Shown here piece after piece: positions 51,867 through 64,000 of a DNA stretch of 64,000 nucleotides (position 1 is its first letter; each line of letters opens with the position of its first letter). The stretch comes from Fistulifera solaris (Eukaryota), in the NCBI GenBank assembly GCA_030295235.1, contig AP026123.1, positions 62,001 to 126,000 on the forward strand, in the 5' to 3' direction. A model generated the notes under the pieces. That model saw only the letters and a list, made by a program, of their open reading frames with translations, searched no databases and had not been told where the DNA came from. The position numbers were made by a program, and so were the translations under genes.

Positions 51867-52528
51867 GGCCGAACGCCGAAAGTATAATTGAAGTTGTGTT
51901 GCGATGCAATAATGCGAGATGCGAGCATCGTGCCGAGACTCGAGTTAGACCGAGTCGGATTCTTGTCTCCAGGCTTTACTATAGCCTAAAGTGTTCGTTC
52001 AAGCTAACCGTGACTGCATTTCAGCCATGAATTGTGATTATTTCGAACCAGACTGCCATCAACTTACACTTATCTCTGTAGAGTTGGTAAGCTGCAATTG
52101 TTTTAACACAATACAATTGCCGTCAGCATCCTTTGCAATGCACTCCTATGGACTCTTGATGTTGAAACTCATTGCGGATCGTAGTCAACATTATCCACTA
52201 TCGACTAAAGTGTCGCGACCCTTTACCACGACTTCATTATTTCATGTCATAAATCATTAATAACTCAATTCATTCACGAGTTGCGTCAGAGACTGCTTAG
52301 GCATGATTCCTGCTAGAATGAGTGGGACGAAACTAAGATTATGCTACCAGTAGGATTCCTCGGTACATAGGATTCCGTTCGAGTCACCTAATTTATCATT
52401 GTCATGTTTATCATCTACGACCACACGACACTCAATGTCGTACAACGATGGTCTAAGGTTACTGACCATCATTTCTATCAAGCGTCCGCCACAACTCGTC
52501 TACACATTTCGTGAGGAAATGAACTTCT

Positions 52529-53833
52529 TCACGTCTCCATGCTACTATCACCACTCGTATCGTGTTGACTTGTCCAAAAGCATGCCTGTTTATCGAATGA
52601 TATCGTGACAACGAAGTTTTTTCCACTGCTACAAAGAGCCCGAATCGGCTGTGTGTGCGGGATGGTCAGACGCTCGACCAATTGACTGCTGGCCACATCC
52701 CAAACACACAATGCTGCCTGGTCTTGTGTATTACCCACGACGTAGCTGTCGTTCGCCCATACTATTTTCGGCGTACTGAATTCATCGGCCGTGTGGCCGT
52801 ATAAATTACGTACAATGTCACCGTTCAGATCCAAAATGATGTTACGATTGGCATCGGTGGCGGCTGCCAAGTATTGTTGATTGGGTGACAGCTGTAGATG
52901 CATGATGGTAAAGGAAACATGATAGTCGTGATTTCCGCTGCTATCGGCATTTAAATTGACTTGTTTCTCCGGTTCGAATGTGTTCCCGTTAAAGTATTGC
53001 AGAAAAGGCGTTCCTCGAACGTGGCAAATGAATTTGTGATTGGGAAGAAAGAGACACGTCTCAACAGGGTCATTCCAATGCAATGATGTGACGAATTGCA
53101 CATTCATAGCAAGTTCGAACGCAGTCGGTGGCGTGATCTTGTAAATGTGAATCGATCCGTTTGCCGAAGCAGTTGCTAGCGTAGGCTCGTGGTCTGACCA
53201 AGCCAAACACTTGACGTATTTGTTGTGAGGCTTGGGTAGCACTACGACGTTGTCGTTACTTTGTGGCCCTGCTGCTGCCTCTTTCGAATCGATTAGATAG
53301 ACATTTCCATCCATACAGGCAGCCGCAACGATACTCTTTGCCACCATCGAGAATGACAAACACACCACCGGTGTTCCCAACGAATAGCGAGCGGCCGATC
53401 GCACCGTTTCCTCCGCATTAGACGTATACACCGAGCCCCATCGTACGAGTGATAAGACTCCATCCGCTCCACCAGTCGCTAAGATGGTATAATCTGCATT
53501 TAAAGAACAGCAAAGCGGGTTACTCGGGCCGTGTAGATTGCTCAAAACGATTTCCGGTACGTTCGGGTAAGTTCCGTCGCCTGCTTTCACAAACGCCATT
53601 TGAGCGCTCTGATTATTGCTGTGGCTTGTTTGTTGACCCAAAGCGAGTTGACTAAAACTAGGTAATGGAGTTTCTTTTCGAAACAGTTCGATTTCTGCTT
53701 TGAGTGACTCGTTCTCAATTTGTAGGACTTTAACTCGTGCCGTCAATTCTCTGACGCGCTGCTGTAACACGGCATTCTCGGCACGAGTTGCCGTTAATTG
53801 ATCAGCCTGACCGATATCGCCTAACAAATCCAT
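52529..53833 (-). CDS. WD40-repeat protein with N-terminal coiled coil
   Basis: ENAVLQQRVRELTARVKVLQIENESLK heptads; LATGGADG, HNKYVKCLAWS, LATASANG, LYGH, CVWD. Confidence 0.85.
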   Translation of the reverse strand: MDLLGDIGQADQLTATRAENAVLQQRVRELTARVKVLQIENESLKAEIELFRKETPLPSFSQLALGQQTSHSNNQSAQMAFVKAGDGTYPNVPEIVLSNLHGPSNPLCCSLNADYTILATGGADGVLSLVRWGSVYTSNAEETVRSAARYSLGTPVVCLSFSMVAKSIVAAACMDGNVYLIDSKEAAAGPQSNDNVVVLPKPHNKYVKCLAWSDHEPTLATASANGSIHIYKITPPTAFELAMNVQFVTSLHWNDPVETCLFLPNHKFICHVRGTPFLQYFNGNTFEPEKQVNLNADSSGNHDYHVSFTIMHLQLSPNQQYLAAATDANRNIILDLNGDIVRNLYGHTADEFSTPKIVWANDSYVVGNTQDQAALCVWDVASSQLVERLTIPHTQPIRALCSSGKNFVVTISFDKQACFWTSQHDTSGDSSMET

Positions 53834-54426
53834 TCTTAATGTGAATATTCTCCTAGTGAAACACTCTGGGAAGCTATTTAACCGAGTTGCAAAGATCAAT
53901 GCTCGCAATGCTGCATTTTGTGACAACGACGGACGAGGACGAGGGCGCGAATTTTTAGACTTTTAGGAGACCCGGATTTTATTTACTCGTTGTAAATTGT
54001 AATTCCTCAAATCCTCGACCTATCAATTGCAATCTTTTGGAAGCCAATGTCAACAAAAGTATGCCCAACATCGCTTATGCGTGTCATTAAACAATAAACG
54101 ACACTCATTGGACATTGGAAACATAAAGAAGTAGGAAGATACAACGTTTTCAATGTCTACGCGTTTTTCGTATAGCCGCCGTAGGAAATTATCTTTCTCT
54201 GTAGGGGTACCCGGATATTGGTTGACGGACGACGGAACGCTCCGAACGTCTGCGTAGCTTTCACCTTTGTCTCCTAACAACACAGAATTCAGCCTCGAAT
54301 CCAAGTTCAAAGGGTAGTTGTCATAGTTTGAGGGTCAATGGCTCTGTGGTCGGTAGAGCTAGCACCTGAATGCTTTTAGGAAAGAAAAGTTACAGCTTAT
54401 CTTTACACGCAAGTTTATGTCTTCCA

Positions 54427-55038
54427 TCAATCCACGACGCGCTCATCCACAAGTGCTAAGACTCGCGCCCAGTTCTGATCCGGTAGTGTCTGTTTTTGTG
54501 CAAACATTGATAGTTCCTCGTATATCTTTGTTTTGTTTAAGAAAGGGTGTCTGCGTTTGCTCTTGTGGTAGTGCTCGACTACAGATCTCACAATGGTTGG
54601 AGTGTGCTCTCTCCTATACGATCCACTTTCCAAGCCTCGGCAGTCGCCCTGACGGAGTCCTTCGACTAGTATCTGTGATATATGCTGTTCCAGGTTAGTT
54701 GACTCAATAGTCTCTGTAGACGCCGTTCTAGTTGGTGATGTATCTTCGGGTCGGCGCAATTTTCTCTTGATGAGTTCACACTCGTGGAGATACATTTTGA
54801 CTGTTTCTTTCGTTCGTAAAAAGTGGCACTCCTTAATCTGTAACTCCAGGTAGTCTTTTGATGACAAGGAAGACTTTGATTGTGGGTCATCTGGAGGAAG
54901 TTGATGTGTGACGATTGTGTTGTCGAAATGAACCCTCCGTCGTCGGGTTATCATCAAAGGACTTTTTGGGAGAGAGAAAGCGTTCGTTTGACGCTGCTCG
55001 CTTGATCTCCGATGATGAGATTTCACTATGGACAGCAT
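54427..55038 (-). CDS. Hypothetical protein of a common diatom-type family
   Basis: 203-aa ATG ORF with RRVHF, CRGLE and WARVLALVD patterns typical of unannotated diatom proteins (recalled, not searched). Confidence 0.65.
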   Translation of the reverse strand: MLSIVKSHHRRSSEQRQTNAFSLPKSPLMITRRRRVHFDNTIVTHQLPPDDPQSKSSLSSKDYLELQIKECHFLRTKETVKMYLHECELIKRKLRRPEDTSPTRTASTETIESTNLEQHISQILVEGLRQGDCRGLESGSYRREHTPTIVRSVVEHYHKSKRRHPFLNKTKIYEELSMFAQKQTLPDQNWARVLALVDERVVD

Positions 55039-55362
55039 TTCGACTCAAAAGGCTGTTCGATTTGGATTTTGTTTTTGCGGATGATTTTTTCAGATTTGTT
55101 TTACCAGGTATACTGAAACGCCTGTAGTAAATCTTTTGATAACGGTACCAGTACGACGGATTTATCGACATACTACAGTCCAGAGTGTCCAATTTCGTAA
55201 TGAGATCGCCACGATTGTTTTTTTGCTAAGGGTTACAATAATTAACATTTTAAGATAGCCCATAAATCGATTCTGTGTTTTCGCTTCAATGAAACGTCTT
55301 AGTACTACCGTACCTGACAATGTATTAAACCAGAAAAGTAGGAGGAGAATAAGTCAAATAAT

Positions 55363-56715
55363 TTAGATCTCTTCCGCGTAATCCGAAGCAAGCTCGAAGG
55401 CAATTACAAAAATATTGAAGCCGCCATTTGTAATCTCAAGTTTGATAGGAGCTGTACCTTGGGACAAGGACACATTTGGTATGTCAACAGATACCCATGA
55501 GAACCAACTTTCAGTTTTCGGAAGCGAGTCAAACGTTCCATAGATTTCTTGTGTCTGCGGATTGACTACTTTGAAGGAGCCCCATCCTTCTGGGCTAGCA
55601 ATATAAAATTGCAAAATGTAGACCCCTGTCGAAACGATATTTAATGAATACTCAATCCAGTCGTCTGGATCAAGGCTTCCAACGTTGCCATTGTTCGGAT
55701 CCACTTCAATCCCATTCGTATTTGTATAATCTTTGGCTGGAACAAGGTAGTGATTATCTTCACTATCGCCCGTTGCAGAGTCGATAAAGTTGAGACCAAG
55801 AAACTCCAGATTGAAACCTCCTTGCAAAACAAACAGCTCCATGTTGTGAGTCTCTGCATCGAAATATGCTTCGCCCACCAGAACCGTTGTCCATTCTTCC
55901 CAGCTCGATGTGGTGGGTAATGTGAGAATCATTCCAAAAACTTGTCCTGTTTGCCGGTGTGTTATAGCGAACGACCCAACACCTTCTGGATTTGAAACTC
56001 TGGCGAAAATCTCATATTTTCCTGATTGTGGCAAAGTTAAATTGAAGAATAGCTCGTCGCCAGAGAAAATGTAATCCAGATTGAGGGTCCCTTCCGATGA
56101 TTCTGCTAACTCAACACCAACGTGCCCCCGGTCGAAATTCTGAGCAAACACCATGTAGTCATACGTAACGAAAGCCTCCACCAAAGTAAAGTTCATGCTT
56201 AAAAGATTCCAACCACTCTGAAGGGAGTTTACGCGCAGCGTTGTAGAGCCTTTTCGTAAAGCAACCAAACCTGCATCCATTGTCTCCCAATTCTGCCATC
56301 CTTGTGTATTGGCTACTCCCGAAAATACTTTGTAGACTTCGCCCGTCCCTTGATTCACCAAATCAAAAGCGCCTTCTCCTGTTTTACTTGCAGTTCGTAT
56401 GGTCATGTTAAAAAGTCCTGCAGTCGACAAGGCCATGTCGAAGGAAACCCAATGTCCCAGTTGCATCCAACCTATATCGAAGCCTCCTTCAGACGATGGT
56501 TCTAATAAGATACCGTAGTAGTCGCACAATTCCGCGGATGTAATAGTTACGGTGTCACCAACGTTGAGAGGTGTTGTGGAAATCGGAAGGCTACCGCACT
56601 CGATTGGCTCGGGTACGGTACCATTTTGGCGCCAGAAATCATCGTCTTGTGTTTGTGCCAGAATTGGATTTGAATTCGTTCCGAGCAGGACAACAACAAA
56701 CAGCAAGGAAAGCAT
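55363..56715 (-). CDS. Secreted protein of three CBM6-like modules
   Basis: Signal peptide; three ~125-aa repeats with G.W..Y/F, G.Y....R.AS..G.G.F, T..W..W and GG/SG-W/F-N motifs. Confidence 0.82.
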   Translation of the reverse strand: MLSLLFVVVLLGTNSNPILAQTQDDDFWRQNGTVPEPIECGSLPISTTPLNVGDTVTITSAELCDYYGILLEPSSEGGFDIGWMQLGHWVSFDMALSTAGLFNMTIRTASKTGEGAFDLVNQGTGEVYKVFSGVANTQGWQNWETMDAGLVALRKGSTTLRVNSLQSGWNLLSMNFTLVEAFVTYDYMVFAQNFDRGHVGVELAESSEGTLNLDYIFSGDELFFNLTLPQSGKYEIFARVSNPEGVGSFAITHRQTGQVFGMILTLPTTSSWEEWTTVLVGEAYFDAETHNMELFVLQGGFNLEFLGLNFIDSATGDSEDNHYLVPAKDYTNTNGIEVDPNNGNVGSLDPDDWIEYSLNIVSTGVYILQFYIASPEGWGSFKVVNPQTQEIYGTFDSLPKTESWFSWVSVDIPNVSLSQGTAPIKLEITNGGFNIFVIAFELASDYAEEI

Positions 56716-57192
56716 GCTTCAAGCTTCAACAACGTGATGAATGAATCGGTTGGTCGCCCTTTTTCTTTCGTTTCAAAGAAATGTGTTACTTATTATCGGC
56801 TTCTTTTTTTCTGGCTTTCAAAATATAATTCATTCGAAGTCTTTTGTGAGGACTTCATCGTACAGTACTGTAGTACGGAGTACTATAAGGATGACCATAA
56901 ATTTCGACATTTTTCTGTTAACCTTATTGCATCCGTGTTGGCGCATCGCAGAAAAAGAAGCGCAAAAGAAGCCCAACACGAAACCTCTTTGACGGCTCGA
57001 CGGTTTTTGGTTAAAAGCCAAAGACAACGCTACCTCGTAAGCAAAATAGAATGAGGTTTGTTACTTCATTTCTTGACTCTTCTTTCGTCAGTCCTTTGGT
57101 TTGTCATCCCAAAACAAGAGACTACTAACATTAGCAGCGCACGTCAAACGCGTGCTCCCCGCACGAAAGTGACTATATTCGATCCGAATGAA

Positions 57193-58475
57193 TTACAGCT
57201 TACTGTTGCCCACTAGCAACGACGGGTGACGCGTCACGATGTTAGATGCCGGAATAGCTGAGATTCGATCAATTCCACACAGCGCCATACATGATTCAAT
57301 TTCATTCTTCAACAGTTGTAACATTTGTTCCACGGCAGTTCGTCCACCAACGGCCAAACTGAAGAAAACCGGTTTCCCGATACCAACGGCAGTGGCTCCC
57401 AAGGCAAGCGCCTTGACTACGTCGCTTCCGTGTCGAACACCTCCATCCAGAAAGATTGGTACTTGGTGTCCGACGGCCGCGGCAACTTCCGGCAGGACAT
57501 CAATGGCAGCCAAGCATCCATCCACTTGTCGCCCTCCGTGATTCGAGACCATAACAGCGTCAGCACCCGCTTGCACGGCGAAGATAGCATCCTCTTGTGT
57601 CATAATACCCTTGATAATGAGAGGAATATGAGGCGGTAGTCTTTCTCTAAGCCAACGCACATCCTTCCACGACGTTTGTGTGTCAAGCAGTTGTTCCGAG
57701 TTTTGATCCCATGCCGAGTGTGTCTGTCCATTGTAGATCGCTTTTTTGCCCGAGTTCATGTTGTCATCTTGTGTATGATCGTCGTCGTAATGAACTAAGC
57801 GATGTGGGGCGGGTAGAGCATTGAATCCGTTCCGTGCATCGGCAGGCCGATAGCCAAATCTTACCGAATCGACCGTCAAAAGATTCCTTGACGTTCGTAA
57901 GCGTAAGAGTTGAGGTGCTAGAGGAGTCACTCTATAATATGATATTATCCAGTAGAGTGAGCTTACCTTGATATCCGGCCTGCAAAGCTCGTTCAATCAA
58001 TCGCCAGGTCCATTCTCGATCCTTCAATATGTAGGATTGATAATAGCGCAAACACTGCGGTGCAGCGGCGGCGACCTCTTCGATCGAATTTGTAGCATGT
58101 TGTGACAATCCGTACAGAATACCAGCTTTTTTCGCAAGCGCGTGCTACGGCACATTCACCGTCTGGGTGCATCAAGGCTTGCACACCGGCTGGCGAAACA
58201 AACACAGGCATACTCAGGGTGTGACGCTGCTGCTGCCACGGCAAAACGACGCGTGTGTCAATCACCGCGTCAAGAGAGCGGAGCACACGTGGTCGCAAAT
58301 ACCAGCGCTTCCAAGCATCTCGGTTTTCGTTTAACGTTTGCTCATCATCCGCTCCGCTGGATAAATAATCGTAGAGATCTTTAGGAAGTTGCTTTTGCGC
58401 TAACAATTGAAAGTCGTTTACACAGACGGGACGGTCGATTGTCTTGAACGTATGTTTCGTGCCTTCTCGTAGCAT
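57193..58475 (-). CDS. Peroxisomal FMN-dependent alpha-hydroxy acid (glycolate) oxidase
   Basis: DYLSSGADDEQTL.EN, LRPRVL, LTVDS..FG.R, IKGIMT.EDA, VSNHGGRQVD, DGGVRHGSDVVKALALGA, C-terminal SKL; intron ending ~57967; frameshifts near 58130 and 57890. Confidence 0.92.
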
Positions 58476-59042
58476 TTTATTTATTCATTTAGCAGCAGAA
58501 ATAGTTGAAGCGATGCCTGGTAATAATTGAGGGTCTCAGCATCACTTTGTCCGCGGTGCAAAAGATTTTTCGCGGAAAATGTCCCGAGTCCCGAGGTCAC
58601 GAGCTTATTTCCAGTCCCGCAAAGAACATCTCCCGCCTACACATTGTACGACACTGCATCGATCTTTTCGCCGCGCAAAGCCTCATGACTGAAATGCAGT
58701 CGTGACGAAAGGTCGTATACACTTTAAACGATAGTAAAGTCGAAATGAAATACTCCGGGGTATTTGCAAGGCATTCTGAACTATTACACTCCCCTACTTG
58801 CCGCAAAAATTGAAAATTTGAAGACTTCTCAAGTTTAATAGTCAGCCGTTATATTGAATTGCGGAATGTGACATCAGGACTTGGCCGCGCGCAGGTCTAG
58901 CCTGTTCAAAAGCGATTGATACCGGTAAGTATAACAAGGAGGACGCCGCTTCCGCTGGTTTCGAGTCTCGTGATACTAGAAAAGCGAGCTATGTGATCCT
59001 AATGCTTAGAATTAGTTTCATCGACAGACACAAAGAGTGGTA

Positions 59043-60372
59043 CTATGATTTGCGCGACAGAAAATAAGTAAGGCCTGCTGCTGTTGCGACGACTGCGCCA
59101 GCAAAAATCGCCAAACCCGTCAGCACTTCCGGATCTTCGTACCACTCGACTTCAGGCGTCTGTGTCAAATTTTCGGCAAACGAAACATTCTTTTTGGGCT
59201 TTTTGGGGCTTTGTTGTGCTGCAGTAGATGCCGATGGAGACGCGAGCGGGGAAGTCGGTGCTGTAACCGAGGGAGGCTGTATTACTTGGCCAATATCCTG
59301 AGAGGCAGCCGTGAGAGAGTCTTTCTTTCCGTCCTTGGTTCCAGTTTCATCTCGCGCTGGTTTTGCAAACATCGCTTGTGCTCTTTGCTTTTCTTTTTGC
59401 AGCTGCGCTTTCTTTTGATCCTTGCAAACTGCGTAGAGCTTCTTCACTTCCTTTCCGTTTATAAGCAGTGACTTCACTGAGGGATCACCTTCCGGGACAT
59501 TAGCAGTAAAAGAGAGAATGACATCTTGTGCTTTCTTCAGTACATCCATTGCCACTGCGCTATCCCCCTTCTCTGACAGGGACCTGGCTGTTATAAGGTA
59601 GCTCTTTACTTTCCATTCCCCAAATATCTTGATGTCCGAAAATCCCTCTTGATTGAGAAACGTATGAATCTTTTTCCCCTTTTTTCTCTTCGAGCGCTTC
59701 GATGAGGGAGAGTGCGCTCTTGGCGAATTTGATAGAATCATCCCATTTTTGTAATTGGGTGCAACATGTTGCCGCATTATTGCTGCATGTAATCATCAAG
59801 ACCAGCAAGTCGGCACGCACTTCGTTCGAAGAGTCTTTCTTGTGCTGAACATACCGTACCGCATCCACCGCATGCGAATATACATTGAGAGCCTTTTCAT
59901 ATTCCTTGCGCTGAAAGAAAGCGGTAGCCTCATTTTTTAATTCCTGACCATGTTCTACTTTTTCGTAGACGCTCATTTCATACAGTTTCTTGGCGCGAAG
60001 TACTCTCAAGCTCGACAAGGAAAGATAGCATTTTACACGAGATCTTCCAGCCAGTCTCCAAGAAGAAAGTAGAACTACAGCTTGATCATTGTTTCGTAGC
60101 TCCAAAACCTTGCCTCTTCCGTACGTCGTCAAAACGTCGTCACCGACAACTGGCGGGACGGAAGGAAACTTCGTTGAAGTGAATAATGTTGCGGGTCGGT
60201 TCGGCCCGGAATAGGTAGCTCCTTTCCAGTCAATCAGTTCAATTTCTTGCACGCCGTCGACATGTTTCCGCGTTCGTACGACCAGTCCTTTGCCGTATGG
60301 AGTTATAACAACTTGTTGATCCTTGTCTTCCGGGACATGTGCACCCGTCGCCGGAAAATTGAATGACGACAT
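59043..60372 (-). CDS. TPR-repeat protein with C-terminal membrane anchor
   Basis: LKNEATAFFQRKEYEKALNVYSHA and CSNNAATC TPR-clamp motifs; C-terminal TM LTGLAIFAGAVVATAAGLTYFL; frameshift in A/G runs near 59675. Confidence 0.8.
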
Positions 60373-61752
60373 GTGAAGGAAGAAGTAGGAACGGTAGAGG
60401 TGTTGGGAAAGAGCTTCTGTTTATTATGAAGGAAGGGCAAGAGTGAACTTTTTCGCGACGGCGACGATAGCGATTATTGGTGTGAGCTTTTGTCGCAGTC
60501 TGGCCACCGGCCGATGAACGATGCTGACGCAGCATGCAAGTGCAATGCAGCTCAGTCACGACTGTGGGTTCAAAGCTTAATGCTTATTGGGACGGAATAA
60601 GGCTTCACTTGAGACGAACATTGAAGCAAGGAAAATACTTGGAGCTAAATGAATACGTTGATAAAAAAATTATTGATTTAATTGGTGACTCAATGGCGTC
60701 TAAATTCGAAGTAGAAATAGATCATGGGAACAACGAAAGTAATGAAGCAATCAGACGTTGCACGGGTGACGGTGGTTTCGGAGCAACGCGGGGCTTCTCT
60801 CATACGGTAGGGGTCACATAGTGTGAGTGCATGCACTGAGACGGTTACAGACGTTCCTGTTTCATGAGCCCTTACGTCCGTGTGTTCCGAGGCTTTGCAC
60901 TCAACTTCATTTGATCGCGAACACTACTGCATTCAACGAGTGAAGCTTTTCGTTCGAATTCAATTGGACAATCTATCAAAGTGCCGACCGATGAAATTAC
61001 TATTGCTGTTTTTCAGCCATCTCTTTTGGTAACAATCCGTCGACTTTACCTTGCCATCAAGATGGATTTCAAAAGACGATTTGAAGAACGTGAAGCCTGT
61101 GGCGTTGTTCTCCAAACCGCTCATCTTCATAAACATTCGGCGAACTTTGAAAAATTGAGCCCTGCGACGGGACCCATGGAAGTGATGAAAGATTGGGACT
61201 CTCTCAGCTTTTGATTCGCGCTTTCAGCTCTCAGCCCTCAGCCTCAGCTCTCAACGGATGCGGCGTATGGCGATGGCGAGTTCGTGACGAAAGTTGTGAG
61301 TTGCGGGTCGCGGTGAAATTTAGTACAGTAAACAGTAATTCATGTTCCACGTCCGAAAGAAGTCATTTTTCTAGATATAAGAAGTACGCTACGCTAAGGG
61401 CGAACAACAGAAAGTTCGTGTTATGTTTTCCCCTTTGTGAGTGCCGTGTGACAACGCATTATCACCACAGTGACACGCAATGATGTATTACTCTTATTGT
61501 TTTCCAGTCAGTCGTTTGTCGTTTGTTGTTTGTTGGCTGTTGGCCCAATTTGTCAACGGTTCTGCCACAAATTTTCAAGCACTCAACTACCTATAGTAAA
61601 AGCATTCGTACTATTTCTCTCACACGATTCAATTCCGGCGCGCGATTTCTAACATGAAGATAGCAAGAATTGAATACCGCTCGCAGCTCCCTTGTTGTCC
61701 TCGATGCAACTCAACGAACAACTCCCGCACAACGAAATCAAAACATCCCACC

Positions 61753-64000
61753 ATGATGATGAGGAACAAGATGATGAAGCGGCTTTTACCAATAGCTCTC
61801 TCCATACTTAGGCTTACATATATAATAGCAGTGCCTTCGAGGCGGCTGATATGGGGAGTAGATCCGAATTACGCGAATGAATTCAATTCACTGGTCGCCG
61901 CATCCGATTTCGTCAACTCGCAAGGCGTTCAAGTAGGAAATGATACTATAGAAGGACTTCCCATAATAACATTCGATGATGCAGGAGACTGGGCTGCGTA
62001 TTCACTCAATCTACAAATTGCTGGCGCTTACGAGCTTCAAGTGCGAGTAGCCAGCCCTATTGGCGATGGAGCATTCGTTGTGGGGCACCTGGAAAACAGG
62101 AGCTCTATGCTACCGTTAATACGCTACCTGCTACGGGAGATCTCACCAATTCCGCGTCTATAACCCTTCCGCTTACGTTACCTGCGGAAAACTTTACACT
62201 TCAAATTGGAGCCATACAGCCTGGTTGGAGTTTAATTTGGATGTCTCTTGAAGAGCTTGTTTTCAACTCATCACAAACGGAAGCTCCTCTGTCGCCAGTA
62301 TTCGTATCAGACGCAGCAAACTACTCAGCAATGGATGGAATCACAACTGGAACATTAGCAGATGGGTCTTCATTCATTGGGTTTCTCGACCCATCTGATT
62401 GGGTCTCATACAATGTACTGCTTCCTTTCACCGGGACATATAGAGTCGACGTCAGCGTCGCGAGTCCGGAAGGTGCTGGATCCTTTCAGGTCGCCAATAT
62501 GATGACAAGAGAGGTGTACGGCACTTTTGATGATCTCCCTGCGTCTGGCGATTGGACGGAATGGAGAACAGCGAGCGAGTTGATCGGTCTACCCGAGGGA
62601 GAATGGATGATGGAGTTGACAATTTTGGAAACTGGAATGAATATAAAATCGGTGACGATTTCACCTATAGAACCTGCGCCCTCAGAAGCGCCGGTGAACG
62701 AATCCTCTGTGGTGCCAAGCCTTCCACCAGAAACGGAGGTGCCGGTGATACCTGACGTGTCAGGGAATAGCTCCTACATCGTACCAGACGATGCGTATTC
62801 CATAACTATACCAGCGTCGATGTACGCTTCGATGGATGGCGTCGAAATGGCGGTTTCACCTAGTGGGGAATCGATTGTTGAATCGCTCGATCCGGGTGAT
62901 TGGATTGCCTATCCGGTCTCGTTGCCGAAAGCCGGTCCGTTTATGATGGAAATGAATGTTTCCAGCCCCAGTGGCGAGGGCAGTTTTGAAGTCTACAATC
63001 TGATAACACGTGAGCTGTATACAAGGTTCGATCGAATACCTGCCAATCAAAACGTCTCTCAATTCAGTGCGGTCAGCGCTGTGGTAATACTTCCCGACGG
63101 TGACTTTTTTCTCGAGATCAGTGTCATCGAAGGAGGATGGAAATTGCAGGAACTGTCACTTACGGAGCTCGAAGAAATTTCAACCTCAAATTCAACGCTA
63201 CCCCCGGGACTGCTGTTTACTCAAACCATAGAAGCTGTCAACTACTCGTCCATGAATGGCATAGCCATTTCTGAAGACACAAACGGAAACCAAGTTGTGA
63301 GCGGATTGGATGCAGGCGATTGGGTTGCATACCCGTTAAACCTACCGTTTGACGGAACCTACCGGTTAGAAGTTAGCGTTGCCAGTCCTCAAGGTCAAGG
63401 TTCTTTTGCTGTGGAAAACTTGGAAACAGAAGAAGAGTATAAATTTGTTGAGAAACTGGCGTTTAGCGGGACATGGGAGAACTACACCACCGTCGAAACT
63501 TTTTTGGTACTACCGGCGGGTTTATGGACCATGAAAGTTCATGCGATAGAACCAGGCTGGAACTTGCATTCGTTGACTCTATCAAAAGATGGTGATGTAG
63601 AACCATCAGATTTCAACATCACGATTCCGGCGATCGACTACAGCGACATGACTGGAATCGAAGTTCAAGAATCAGCAAGTGGAGAATCTTACATAGGATT
63701 TATCGACGCTGGTGATGCTCTCTCTTACGAGTTGAGCCTCCCGGCACGAGGTATATATTCGATGCAGTTAAGAGTAGCCACACCAATGGGTGAAGGAAGA
63801 ATAGCAATCTTGGACAAGAACACAACTGAGGACTACGGCATCGTGACCGATTTCCCGCCGACAGGAGATTGGAACACTTTCGAGATGTTTTCGACGGAGC
63901 TTGAGCTTCCGGGTGGTGCATGGACCATGCAAATGGAGTTTCTCGAAGGAGGCTTCAACTTAGAAATGCTAGGCCTTACATTACTTCAAGTCATCGGAAC
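61753..64000 (+). CDS. Secreted tandem CBM6-repeat protein, at least five modules, continues beyond the window
   Basis: Hydrophobic N-terminus; repeated D.GDW..Y, G.Y...V.VASP.G.G.F and GWN/GGFN motifs near 61980, 62390, 62890, 63310, 63705; Pro-rich linker; frameshift near 62090; long frame not listed in the ORF track. Confidence 0.82.

Noticed and set aside
54330..54400. tRNA-like start (GGCTCTGTGGTC)
   Set aside because: No T-loop GTTCRA and no closing acceptor stem; I found no tRNA or rRNA in the window by eye
60534..61483. Short ORFs between the TPR and CBM6 genes
   Set aside because: No recognisable motifs or splice structure
478..64000. Widespread pseudogenisation or programmed frameshifting
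   Set aside because: Breaks are single-base indels, mostly in homopolymers, in conserved genes with intact catalytic motifs and no nonsense codons; best explained as long-read errors

Overview
Gene-dense eukaryotic DNA, most likely a pennate diatom (short GT-AG introns, bipartite plastid presequences, diatom-type receptor guanylate cyclases and HSF). Many genes are broken by single-base indels, mostly at homopolymers, which look like long-read errors rather than pseudogenes. Gene order: POT1-like telomere protein; 1.6-kb higher-order satellite (207 bp = 4 x ~52 bp); EF-hand alternative oxidase; cystatin; RlmI-like methyltransferase; ferrochelatase; UBA/zf-GRF calpain; ankyrin protein; TauD-dioxygenase/aldo-keto reductase fusion; all-Cys Rieske-like protein; HHL1-like protein; YIF1; GUF1; 33-bp minisatellite. 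Next is a ~20-kb cluster of three receptor kinase-guanylate cyclases plus one fragment, interrupted by two adjacent non-autonomous TIR transposons (one a hAT with an 8-bp TSD). Then HSF, a second AKR, a WD40 protein, a hypothetical protein, a secreted CBM6-repeat protein, peroxisomal glycolate oxidase, a TPR tail-anchored protein and a second CBM6-repeat protein. Most notable: two periodic repeat families sharing a TCCAGA..TGG(G)AACGT core, the TauD-AKR fusion, the His-less Rieske fold, the long POT1 N-terminal exon, patchwork sequence exchange among the cyclases, and clusters of 7-bp duplications resembling transposon footprints. All calls were made by eye; no searches were run.
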